NCBI GenBank assembly: GCA_943787795.1
Contig: CALSNU010000002.1
Location: forward strand, 512,001 to 576,000
Source of the DNA: an uncultured bacterium
GTDB lineage: Bacteria > Planctomycetota > UBA1135 > GCA-002686595
Length of the DNA: 64,000 bases
Direction of reading: 5' to 3'
In this document: positions 11,536-20,525 of the stretch, in pieces
Layout of the letters: every line of letters begins with the position of its first letter
How positions within the stretch are numbered: the first letter of the stretch is position 1
The notes under the pieces: generated by a model
Told to the model about the DNA's origin: nothing
What the model saw: the letters and a program-made list of their open reading frames with translations, nothing else
Database searches by the model: none
Made by a program: the position numbers and the translations under genes

Positions 11536-11693
11536 CCCGGCGGGGAGCCGTCCCCTCGCCAAGGTGAGGGGCGCGCCAGTGCCTCCCGCCACCCCCGCCG
11601 CCCGCCCCTGGCCTCGCCAGGGGCGGGCGGCGAGCGTTTGCGTCTGGACCGTCGGCGCCCCCGGCGCTCACCCCCCCGGCGCTCACCCCAGGG

Positions 11694-11840
11694 GTGACGC
11701 TCGGACAGCGAGCCGATCTGGCCGTCCCCCATGATCGCGTCGTCCGCGCCCGCCGCGTTGGCCTCGACCTTGGCGAGGATCGACCGCAGCGGGTTGTTGT
11801 GGTGGATCTTCGAGTCGAGGCCATCGGAGGCGGGCGTGTC
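11694..11840 (-). pseudogene. Remnant of a class IV (BCAT/IlvE-like) aminotransferase
   Basis: Translates as DGLDSKIHHNNPLRSILAKVEANAAGADDAIM-GDGQIG; resembles an internal motif and a C-terminal motif of class IV aminotransferases joined directly, about 50 codons in total. Confidence 0.65.
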
Positions 11841-12069
11841 CGGGCGCGCCTCGAACGAGCGCAACAGCACCGTCGAGATGTTCCGCGGCACGATCCACAT
11901 GGCGCTCCGGAGGACCACCGATTCGGGGTGGGGCGGAGATCGAACGGGGGACGGGTGCTCGGGACGGCACGTCTTTCCGCCGGCCGGGGAAAGGGCTTAT
12001 CCTGCTCTGAGCCCAGCGGGGGCCACAACCAAGACCCCGCCCCCGAAGGCAATGACCCTCCCGAATGCA

Positions 12070-12531
12070 ATGAGACTGCTGCTCCCCGCCCTCACGCTCC
12101 TCGTCCTCCTCACCGCCTCCTGCAACGGCCCGCGCCGTGGATACGGCGCGAGCGACTCGACCGAGGACGTCCTCGTCATGGTCGGCGCCAGCGAGCGCAA
12201 CAGCGCGTTCAAGTTCTACGACGCGGCGGACGGGTGCCCGTCCTATCGCGACGGCGTGAACAAGAAGTACATGGGGATGGTCAAGGCGAAGGAGGAGGGA
12301 GCCCCCTTCCCGCTCCCCGTGGGCACCCCCGTCCACGTCTTCCTCTTCAGCCCCAGGGACACCCCCGTGCTCCTGGCCGACGGAGGCCTGAATGGCGTCC
12401 GCAAGCGCGCGGCCCAGGTGACCATCACCGGTGAGGGCGCGACGCTCACGGCCACCCGCGGGCCGGAGGGCATCGAGTGGACCTTCACGGGACCGGTCAA
12501 GGTGGAGCCCGCCTCCGCGTGCGAGGACTAG
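12070..12531 (+). CDS. Hypothetical lipoprotein
   Basis: MRLLLPALTLLVLLTAS-C lipobox; GC3-biased frame. Confidence 0.75.
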   Translation: MRLLLPALTLLVLLTASCNGPRRGYGASDSTEDVLVMVGASERNSAFKFYDAADGCPSYRDGVNKKYMGMVKAKEEGAPFPLPVGTPVHVFLFSPRDTPVLLADGGLNGVRKRAAQVTITGEGATLTATRGPEGIEWTFTGPVKVEPASACED

Positions 12532-12538
12532 CGCGCGG

Positions 12539-14818
12539 TCAGCGGAACGGCGCGCAGCGCGGGCACTCGCAGTCGGGGTCGATCATGCGTCCATCGAGGG
12601 CGCTGGCCTGCTCCGTGGCGTAGCCCAGGGCGGCGACATCCTCGAGGACGGCGGACCCCGTCGGCGCACCGCCGGCGAGGGACTCTGAAGGGTCCGCGCT
12701 GACAAGCCAGCGAACGAGTCCGGCCCGCAGCCGCCGGAGCGCCTCGGGGTGCTCGTCGCTCACGTCCACGAGGGCGTCGGGGTCCTGATCGAGGTCGTAC
12801 AGCTCGACCGAATGCGCCGGAAGCCCGGGTGGGTTACCCCAGCCCTTCTTCTTCAGGTGCAGGAGCAGGTACCAGCGATCGGCGAAGGCCCCCGCGCTGA
12901 GGGCGTTGGCTCCGAGGACGTAGCGGGGCTCCTCGAGGTCCCCATCGAGGACCTCGCCGTCCATCAGCGAACGCCCCTGGAACGGGTTCTCCTCCGCCCC
13001 GAGGGCGAGCTTGTGGAGGGTGCTGGCGAGGGCGCGGTTCTCGACCGGCGTGCGCACCGTTCGGCCCGCCGGGACCCCGGGACCGACGAGGAGCAACGGC
13101 ACCCGGAGCGTGCTCGGATAGAGCCCCTTGTGGTTCCAGTAGAGGCCGATCTCCCCAAGAGCCTCCCCGTGGTCGGAGGTGAAGGCCAGGAGGCCCTGGT
13201 CGAGGCGCGGCTCCTCCTCGAGGAGCTCCCCGAGCAGGCCGTCCAGGTAGGTGACCTCGCCCTTGTAGAGGGCCATGATGTACTCGGCGTCACGGACCTT
13301 CCGGTTCCACTTGGCCACCGCGCGCGGGTCCATCCGCGTGAGCGCCTCCGAGAACGGATCGCCCGAGTAGTACCGCTCCGTGATCCCCTCCCGCGGCTGA
13401 TACGGCGCGTGGACGTCAAAGAGGTGCAGCCAGACGAAGACGTCCTCGTCGGCCTCCGCGCCCGCCAGCAACTCGCGCACCGCCTCCACGGTTGCCTTCC
13501 CGCCCCGGGTCATGCCCTCGGACGGCGAGTCGAACACCTCAAACCCCTGGCCCAGCCCGCTCCTCCAGGGCGTCAGGTGCCGCGCGGAGACGGCCGCCAC
13601 CGTCCGGTAGCCGGCGTCCTGAAAGGTCTCCGCGAGGGTCACTGCGCGCTCGGACAGGAGCTCGACGTTCCCGACGACGCCCGTGTCCCGCACGGGCAGC
13701 CCGGTGAAGATCGAGGCGTGGGACGGGTTGGTGATGGACGTCGCGGAGATGGCGTCCTCGAAGACGGTGCCCCTGGCCGCGAGCGCATTCAGCGCCGGGG
13801 TGAGGGCGCCCCGATCACCCCCGGTGAACCCCACGTGATCGGCGCGGTGGGTGTCGCTGGTGACGAGGAGCACGGTGCTCGGGCGCTCCTCCCACCGCGG
13901 CAGGCCCCGGTGCAACAGCGCGCTGACCACCACCGCGCCCTCGCCTGAAGCCTCCACCCGAAGCTCGCACTCGTCGCCGACCGCGGACGGCGCCGCCTCG
14001 ACCTCGAGCTGAGTCCACCCCAGCCCCCCGACCGTACGGGAGACCTCAGTGACATCGCTCCCATCCCGCAGGGAGAGGCGGACCTCGGCCCCGCCGGAGA
14101 GCGAGGCCGCGTGGACCAAGAAGCGGCTCCCCTGGCGCGGGACCGCGACCCCGACCAGGGATACCCCCGGGAGCAACCCGACCGAGGGCCGACTCCGGTC
14201 GCCGATCTGGACCATCCGCGGCGGCTCGAAGGGGCTCGGGACCGTGGCGACCTCTGGACGCATTGAGAGCCTGATCGAGTGGATCTCGGTCCCGTGGGTC
14301 ATGGCGTTGAAGAGGACCGTCAGCGCCTCCGACGTCCCCGCCGAGGGGAGCGCGAACTCGACCACCTCGGGAGCCAACGGCGCCTGGCGCTCCATGTACT
14401 CGCTGCGATAGATCGCCTCGCGGGACCCGCCATCAGCGACGGAGAAGCGGAGGAAGCCCTCGGTCGAGACGGTGATCTCGACCGTGTTGTAGCGCTCGTC
14501 GGTCCCGCGCGGCAGCGTCAGGGAGAGCGGCCGCCCGGGCCTCGGGATCAACACCCGGTCGGGCGCGCCCGCCTCCCCCTTGACCGCGGTGGGTGCCACC
14601 CCGTTCGTCCCCCACGCCCCGACGGCCTCGGCGTCCAGGGGGAGATCCTCCACCACGACGGTCGGCGCCTGGGACCACTCCCCCCGAGCCTCGAGTTCGA
14701 CCGTCTCCGCGCTGAACCCCACCGCCGTGGGTTCAGGAGCGCAAGCCAGCGCGGCCCCGAGGGCTCCGAGGACGAGCGCGAGCCGGCGAGGCTCTTGGCG
14801 TCGGGTGGTTTCAGGCAT
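12539..14818 (-). CDS. Sulfatase-like hydrolase (alkaline phosphatase superfamily), probable lipoprotein
   Basis: VLLVTSDTHRADH, TNPSHASIFTG, WLHLFDVHAPY, Y.GEV.YLD, FTSDHGE, ELYDL..DP; N-terminal LGAALA-C; about 300 aa unknown N-terminal region. Confidence 0.85.
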   Translation of the reverse strand: MPETTRRQEPRRLALVLGALGAALACAPEPTAVGFSAETVELEARGEWSQAPTVVVEDLPLDAEAVGAWGTNGVAPTAVKGEAGAPDRVLIPRPGRPLSLTLPRGTDERYNTVEITVSTEGFLRFSVADGGSREAIYRSEYMERQAPLAPEVVEFALPSAGTSEALTVLFNAMTHGTEIHSIRLSMRPEVATVPSPFEPPRMVQIGDRSRPSVGLLPGVSLVGVAVPRQGSRFLVHAASLSGGAEVRLSLRDGSDVTEVSRTVGGLGWTQLEVEAAPSAVGDECELRVEASGEGAVVVSALLHRGLPRWEERPSTVLLVTSDTHRADHVGFTGGDRGALTPALNALAARGTVFEDAISATSITNPSHASIFTGLPVRDTGVVGNVELLSERAVTLAETFQDAGYRTVAAVSARHLTPWRSGLGQGFEVFDSPSEGMTRGGKATVEAVRELLAGAEADEDVFVWLHLFDVHAPYQPREGITERYYSGDPFSEALTRMDPRAVAKWNRKVRDAEYIMALYKGEVTYLDGLLGELLEEEPRLDQGLLAFTSDHGEALGEIGLYWNHKGLYPSTLRVPLLLVGPGVPAGRTVRTPVENRALASTLHKLALGAEENPFQGRSLMDGEVLDGDLEEPRYVLGANALSAGAFADRWYLLLHLKKKGWGNPPGLPAHSVELYDLDQDPDALVDVSDEHPEALRRLRAGLVRWLVSADPSESLAGGAPTGSAVLEDVAALGYATEQASALDGRMIDPDCECPRCAPFR

Positions 14819-14982
14819 GGACCGTGGGTGAGGGCTGGAGCGAGGGGCGGTGCGTCCGGCCCTCGGATCATCTTTCGGACGTGGAGGCGGGTGCGCGGCG
14901 TGGAGTCCCGGGAATCGTGCCGGCACCAGCGGATACGGCGCCCTCCCCGGTGAGGAGAGCAGGGATCGCGCGAGCGCGTACG

Positions 14983-17900
14983 ATGGTCTCGATGCGGTCC
15001 CCTCACATACTCTCCGCCGGCGCCGCTCTGCTGGTGGCCTCGCTCCATGGCGCAGCGGGGGCCGAGGATGAGGCCGGGCCCGTGGACTTCGCGGGCCAGG
15101 TTCGGCCGCTGCTCTCCGACCGCTGCTTCCCGTGCCACGGCCCCGGCGTGGCGAAGCCCGCCGCAGGCCTGCGTCTCGACCTGCGAGACTCGGCCGTGGA
15201 CGAGCTGGGGTTCTCCGCCATCATCCCGGGCGCGCCCGGCGAGAGCGAGCTCGTGGCGCGCCTCCACCACCCCGACCCTGAACGGCGCATGCCACCGGCC
15301 TCTTCGAAGCTCGCGCTCGATGACGACGAGGCCGCTCTCCTCACCCGCTGGATCGAGGAGGGCGCCGAGTACGGTGAGCACTGGTCCTTCGTTCTGCCCA
15401 GGCGCGCGACGCCACCACCGTTCGACGCAAGCGCTTGGCCACTGGACGACATCGACCGCTTCGTCCTCGCGCGCCTCTCGGCGCGCGGATTGACGCCCGC
15501 CCCGGAGGCCGACGCCGCCACGCTCCTGCGGCGCGCCCACCTGGACCTGACGGGCCTCCCCCCGCGGCTCGCTGACCTCGACGCGTACCTCGCCGACGAG
15601 GCGCCGGACCGATACGAGCGGGCCGTGGACCGGCTCTTGGCCTCGGAGGCCCACGCCGAGCACCTGACCGCCCACTGGCTCGATGTCGCGCGCTACGCGG
15701 ACACCTTCGGCTATCAGTCCGACGTGGACACCCACCTCTGGCCGTGGCGCGACTGGGTCATCGAGGCCTTCCGCGAGAACCTCCCCTACGACCGCTTCCT
15801 GACCGAGCAGCTGGCGGGAGACCTCCTGCCGGACGCCGACCAGAGCACGCGACTGGCGACCGCCTTCAACCGCCTGCACCGGCAGACCAACGAGGGCGGG
15901 AGCGTCGAGGAGGAGTTCCGCGTCGAGTACGTGTGCGACCGCGTGGAGACCATGGCGGGCGCGTTCCTCGGCCTCACGGTCGGCTGCGCGCGCTGCCACG
16001 ACCACAAGTTCGACCCCATCACCCAACGCGACTTCTTCGGCCTCTTCGCGCTGTTCGACGGCATCGACGAGTCCGGCCTCTACTCCCACTTCACCAACGC
16101 CACCCCGACGCCGACCCTGGAGCTACCCTCCGAGGTCCAGGCGCGCCGGACCGCGGAGCTCGAGCAGAAGGTCTCCTACGCCCAGGAGGCCGCGAAGGGC
16201 GAGCCGATTCCGTGGCGCGAGGTACTCTCCACCACGTTCGATGGGACTAGTGAATTCGATGGGTCCGGTGAAGAGGGCCCACCGTTCCAGCTACGCGGCG
16301 GCGCGACCCTCTCAGGTGACGGCCCCGATCGGTCGATCGAGCTCGACGGCGAGAACTCGATCGTCTTCCCTGGCGTGGGCGTCTTCCGACGCGCCGACCC
16401 CTTCAAGATCGAGCTGGAGATGCGCTCGCCGGAGCCCTACGACCGCGCGGTGGTGCTCCACCGCACCAAGTCGTGGACGGACTCGGGGAGCAGGGGCTAC
16501 CAGCTCCTGGTGGACCAAGGCCGCCTCATGTTCTCCCTGGTCCACTTCTGGCCAGGAGACGCCATCGCCGTCCGGACCGTCGACCCTGCGCCCGTGGGCC
16601 AGTGGACCAACGTCGAGCTCCGCTACGACGGCTCGAGTCGAGCGGCGGGGATGGAGATCTGGATCGACGGCGAGCCCGCCGCCCTCGAGGTCGTCCGAGA
16701 CCGCCTGACCCGCACGATCCGCGGGGGCTCCATCGAGCACCTGACCATCGGGAGCCGCTTCCGGGACCGCGGCTTCAAGGGCGGGGCGGTGCGGGCCATG
16801 CGGGTGATGGCGCTGCCCTCCGAGGTCCCCAACCCCACGAACACCCTGCGCGCCGCCCGCGCCGTGCTCAACGATCACCGGGACCGCATCCGGCAGATCA
16901 TGACCATGCGGGAGGCGCCGGACCTGCCGGCCGCCCGGCGAACCGCCCACCTGCTCGGCCGGGGGCTCTACTCCGACCGGCGCGAAGAGGTGGCCCCGGC
17001 GACCCCCGGGTTCCTCCCGACCCTGCTCGAGGAGCCGGTGCGCTCGCGGCTGGACCTCTCCCGCTGGCTGACCCACCCCGACCACCCCCTGACCGCCCGG
17101 GTCCACGTGGACCGACTCTGGCGACTCGCCATGGGCCAAGGCCTCGTCCCGAGCCCCGAGGACCTGGGCAGCCAGAGCCGCCCGCCCGTCCACGCGGCCC
17201 TCCTGGACACCCTCGCCCGGGACCTGATCGAGTCCGGCTGGGACTCCCGCGCGCTGCTCCGGCGCATCCTCTGCTCCTCCACCTATCGCCAGTCCGCCGC
17301 GAGCCGCCAGAGCCTCGAGTTGGACCCCGGAAACGAGCTCCTGAGCCGGGCCAGCACCCGCCGCCTCAGCGCGGAGGTCATCCGGGACGCAGCGCTCGAG
17401 GCCGCCGGCCTGCTCGTCCACCGGGTCGGCGGGCCTCCGGTCCGCCCTTATCAGCCCCCCGGCCTCTGGCAGGAGAAGAGCGGCAAGGTGTACCGGGCCG
17501 GCCGCGGGGACGACCTCCGGCGCCGGAGCCTCTACACCTTCTGGCGACGGACCTCTCCGCCCCCCGCGATGACGATGTTCGACGCCCCGGCCCGTGAGGT
17601 CTGCCGCGTGGATCGCCCGGCGACGACCACGCCCCTCCAGGCCCTGGTCCTCTGGAACGACCCGCAGTTCGTCGAGGTCTCCCTCGCCCTCGCCAGGGGC
17701 GCGCTGGAGGTCAGCGGCCTCCCCTCGACGGAGACCACCGCCGCGAGCCTCGACGGGCAGCGGGTGGACTTCATGGTCCGATCCCTCGCCTCCCGGCCGC
17801 CCACCGCCGCCGAACGCGAGTCCATGACGGCGCTGCTCGCCGCCCAGCGAGCGGCGTATCGCGGCGACGTCGACGCGGCCCGCGAGCTGGCGAGCTACTC

Positions 17901-18054
17901 CCTCGAGCGCACCGCCCACCCCGCTCCTGATGCCCCGGCCCAGGGTGGCTCGGACCAGAATGAAGTGCCCGACGAGGTCGCCGTGGAGACCGCGGCCACC
18001 GCCGTGGTCGCCAGCACGCTCCTCGGGCTCCCTGACGTGGTGCAGAGACGATGA
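14983..18054 (+). CDS. PSD1/DUF1549/DUF1553 planctomycete cytochrome c protein with inserted LamG/ConA-like domain
   Basis: Signal peptide, CFPCHGP and GCARCHDHK, RRAHLDLTGLPP, WLDVARYADT, HPLTARV, RLSAEVIRD, TPLQAL; LamG-like W..V..RYDGS....G..IWIDG insert. Confidence 0.9.
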   Translation: MVSMRSPHILSAGAALLVASLHGAAGAEDEAGPVDFAGQVRPLLSDRCFPCHGPGVAKPAAGLRLDLRDSAVDELGFSAIIPGAPGESELVARLHHPDPERRMPPASSKLALDDDEAALLTRWIEEGAEYGEHWSFVLPRRATPPPFDASAWPLDDIDRFVLARLSARGLTPAPEADAATLLRRAHLDLTGLPPRLADLDAYLADEAPDRYERAVDRLLASEAHAEHLTAHWLDVARYADTFGYQSDVDTHLWPWRDWVIEAFRENLPYDRFLTEQLAGDLLPDADQSTRLATAFNRLHRQTNEGGSVEEEFRVEYVCDRVETMAGAFLGLTVGCARCHDHKFDPITQRDFFGLFALFDGIDESGLYSHFTNATPTPTLELPSEVQARRTAELEQKVSYAQEAAKGEPIPWREVLSTTFDGTSEFDGSGEEGPPFQLRGGATLSGDGPDRSIELDGENSIVFPGVGVFRRADPFKIELEMRSPEPYDRAVVLHRTKSWTDSGSRGYQLLVDQGRLMFSLVHFWPGDAIAVRTVDPAPVGQWTNVELRYDGSSRAAGMEIWIDGEPAALEVVRDRLTRTIRGGSIEHLTIGSRFRDRGFKGGAVRAMRVMALPSEVPNPTNTLRAARAVLNDHRDRIRQIMTMREAPDLPAARRTAHLLGRGLYSDRREEVAPATPGFLPTLLEEPVRSRLDLSRWLTHPDHPLTARVHVDRLWRLAMGQGLVPSPEDLGSQSRPPVHAALLDTLARDLIESGWDSRALLRRILCSSTYRQSAASRQSLELDPGNELLSRASTRRLSAEVIRDAALEAAGLLVHRVGGPPVRPYQPPGLWQEKSGKVYRAGRGDDLRRRSLYTFWRRTSPPPAMTMFDAPAREVCRVDRPATTTPLQALVLWNDPQFVEVSLALARGALEVSGLPSTETTAASLDGQRVDFMVRSLASRPPTAAERESMTALLAAQRAAYRGDVDAARELASYSLERTAHPAPDAPAQGGSDQNEVPDEVAVETAATAVVASTLLGLPDVVQRR

Positions 18055-19451
18055 GGCCGCTCGACCCGAAGACGCGCCTCCACCTCGACCGGCGCGGGCT
18101 CCTCCAGGGAGCCACCCTGGGCCTCGCCGGCGCCGCCCTCGGGCGCCTCGGCCAGGCGCAGGACGCCCCGACCCTCCACCACGCCCCCCGCGCCAGGCGC
18201 GTGATCCACCTCTTCATGAGCGGTGGACCGTCCCAGCTCGACCTGTGGGATCCCAAGCCTGTCCTCCGCGAGCGGAACGGTGAGGAGCTCCCGGACTCGG
18301 TCCGCCAGGGGCAGCGGCTCACCGGCATGTCCGGCAACCAGGCCTCCCTGCCCCTCGCCGGCTCGATCTTCGAATTCAGCCAGCATGGGGAGAGCGGCAC
18401 CTGGGCGAGCGACCTCCTCCCGCACACCGCCGGGATCGTGGACGACCTCTGCGTGGTCCGGACGATGGTCACCGACGCGATCAACCACGACCCCGCGGCG
18501 ACGTTCCTGCTCACCGGTTCGGAGATCGCCGGGCGCCCCTCCCTCGGCGCGTGGCTGAGCTACGGCCTCGGCTCCCTCAACGGAGACCTGCCTGAGTTCT
18601 GCGTGATGGTGACCCAGGGCAAGGGGGGCCAGCCGCTCTACGAACGCCTCTGGGGCTCGGGCTTCCTCAGCGCCCGCCACGCGGGCGTCCAGTTCCGCAG
18701 CGGGAGCGAGCCGGTCCTCTTCCTCAACGACCCCCCGGGCATCGACCGCGCGACCCGCCGCAGGATGCTCGACGCCCTGCGCGGCGCGGCGGGGAGCGGC
18801 GACGACGCGGCCAGAGCGCGCATGGCCCAGGCGGAGCTCGCCTTCCGCATGCAGGTGTCCGTCCCCGAGGTCGCGGACCTCTCCGACGAGCCCGACTCCA
18901 CCTTCGAGCTCTACGGCGAGGACGCCAGGCGGCCGGGCAGCTACGCGGCCAACTGCCTGATCGCGCGGCGCCTCATCGAGCGCGACGTCCGCTTCGTCCA
19001 GCTCATCCACCAGGGCTGGGATCAACACGGGAGCCTGCCGGGCGCGATCCGCACCCAGTGCAGGGAGACCGACCAGGCGTCCGCGGCGCTGGTCACCGAC
19101 CTGAAGCGCCGCGGGCTGCTCGACGACACGCTGGTGATCTGGGGCGGTGAGTTCGGGCGGACCTGCTACAGCCAGGGTGCCCTGAGCCCCACGAACTATG
19201 GCCGCGACCACCACCCGCGCTGCGCGAGCCTCTGGATGGCCGGCGCCGGGGTCCGCGCCGGGACCACCCACGGCGAGACGGATGACTTCGGCTACAACGT
19301 CGCCCGCGACCCCGTGCACGTGCACGACCTGAACGCGACGCTGCTGCACCTGCTCGGGATCGACCATGAACGGCTGACCCACCGGCACCAGGGTCGCCGC
19401 TACCGGTTGACCGACGTGCACGGCTCGGTGATCGAGCCCCTGATCGGCTGA
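18051..19451 (+). CDS. DUF1501 domain protein (Tat-exported)
   Basis: DRRGLL, ARRVIHLFMSGGPSQLDLWDPKP, ARRLIERDVRFVQ, WDQH, WGGEFGRT, GRDHH; ATGA overlap with the upstream gene. Confidence 0.92.
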   Translation: MRPLDPKTRLHLDRRGLLQGATLGLAGAALGRLGQAQDAPTLHHAPRARRVIHLFMSGGPSQLDLWDPKPVLRERNGEELPDSVRQGQRLTGMSGNQASLPLAGSIFEFSQHGESGTWASDLLPHTAGIVDDLCVVRTMVTDAINHDPAATFLLTGSEIAGRPSLGAWLSYGLGSLNGDLPEFCVMVTQGKGGQPLYERLWGSGFLSARHAGVQFRSGSEPVLFLNDPPGIDRATRRRMLDALRGAAGSGDDAARARMAQAELAFRMQVSVPEVADLSDEPDSTFELYGEDARRPGSYAANCLIARRLIERDVRFVQLIHQGWDQHGSLPGAIRTQCRETDQASAALVTDLKRRGLLDDTLVIWGGEFGRTCYSQGALSPTNYGRDHHPRCASLWMAGAGVRAGTTHGETDDFGYNVARDPVHVHDLNATLLHLLGIDHERLTHRHQGRRYRLTDVHGSVIEPLIG

Positions 19452-19628
19452 GCCCAAGGCGCGCGGTGGCTCCAGGGGAGACAGCCGCAGGGCCCTCGTC
19501 CCCTAGCGGGACAGTCTGAGGCCGAGTTTGCGCGACTCGAACGCGGGACGGGCTCTGGCTCAATGCCGGCGCTCGAGGGTGTCGATGCCTTTGGGGTGGG
19601 AGCCCTCTGGAGCTCTCCAACCCAGATC

Positions 19629-20525
19629 ATGAGCACCGAGAAGCGCCCCAAGATCGCATCCTTCGCTGTCGCAGCGTCCGCGATCCTCTGCCTGTTCATC
19701 TACAGCCTCGACGAGCCGAAGCCCCTTTCGTCCGACGAGGCTGAGACCCTCTCCTCCGTCAGCCTCATGCCAGTCGGCGGCCGGATCGAGATCCACTCCG
19801 AAGGGAGCAGGCTGGTTCGGGTCGAGCCCCGCGATGACGAGGAAGTGCGAGGGGGAGAGCCGATCGAATCGATGATCGAGGTCGAGGAGCCGGACGCCAT
19901 CGACGTCGCGGAGGCCCAGGCCAGCGAGGCTCGGGCCGCGCAGACCCTGCGGATCATCGCCATGGCCCAGCACCGGTTCCAGGAGGCGCGCACCGTGGAC
20001 ATCAACTGCGACCACCTGGGCGAGTTCGGTTACCTCGCCGAGCTCACGGGCACCGCAGAGCTACGCAGCGGCGGCAGCAACTCCACGCAGGACGTCTCCG
20101 AGCTGAACGCCTTCCTCCCGCCGAACTTCGCGGAGATGGTCTCGACGTCCGAAGGCGGCGCCTGCGAGCTTGGTGGCTACCTCTTCGCCGTGTACCTGCC
20201 CGCGACCCCGACCTTCAGCGGAGAGGTCACCGGGCTCGCTGAGGCGCTGCACGGCGGCAGCGGAGAGTCCATCCCTGACCCCAACCAGAGCGCTCTGCGA
20301 TGGTGCGCCTATGCCTGGCCGACCAGCGAGACCTTTCCGGCACGCCGAGCCTTCTTCCTCGACGCCTCCGGACTTGGCCTGAGCACCCCGAACGGCCCCG
20401 ATGCCCCGCAGCAGTACATCGGCGCTGCCCACGCGCCGAGCTGGGACGCGGCCTACGCACGCCCTGATATGTCGGGCCAAGTCGGCGGCGAAGAGACCTG
20501 CGACGAGAACGTCTGGAAGCCCTAG
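19629..20525 (+). CDS. Membrane-anchored pilin-like/DUF2950-like hypothetical protein
   Basis: N-terminal TM helix; EARAAQTLRIIAMAQHRF...D.N....GEFGYLAEL.G and WCAYAWP....RRAFF segments resemble pilin-like proteins; no class III signal seen. Confidence 0.6.
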   Translation: MSTEKRPKIASFAVAASAILCLFIYSLDEPKPLSSDEAETLSSVSLMPVGGRIEIHSEGSRLVRVEPRDDEEVRGGEPIESMIEVEEPDAIDVAEAQASEARAAQTLRIIAMAQHRFQEARTVDINCDHLGEFGYLAELTGTAELRSGGSNSTQDVSELNAFLPPNFAEMVSTSEGGACELGGYLFAVYLPATPTFSGEVTGLAEALHGGSGESIPDPNQSALRWCAYAWPTSETFPARRAFFLDASGLGLSTPNGPDAPQQYIGAAHAPSWDAAYARPDMSGQVGGEETCDENVWKP

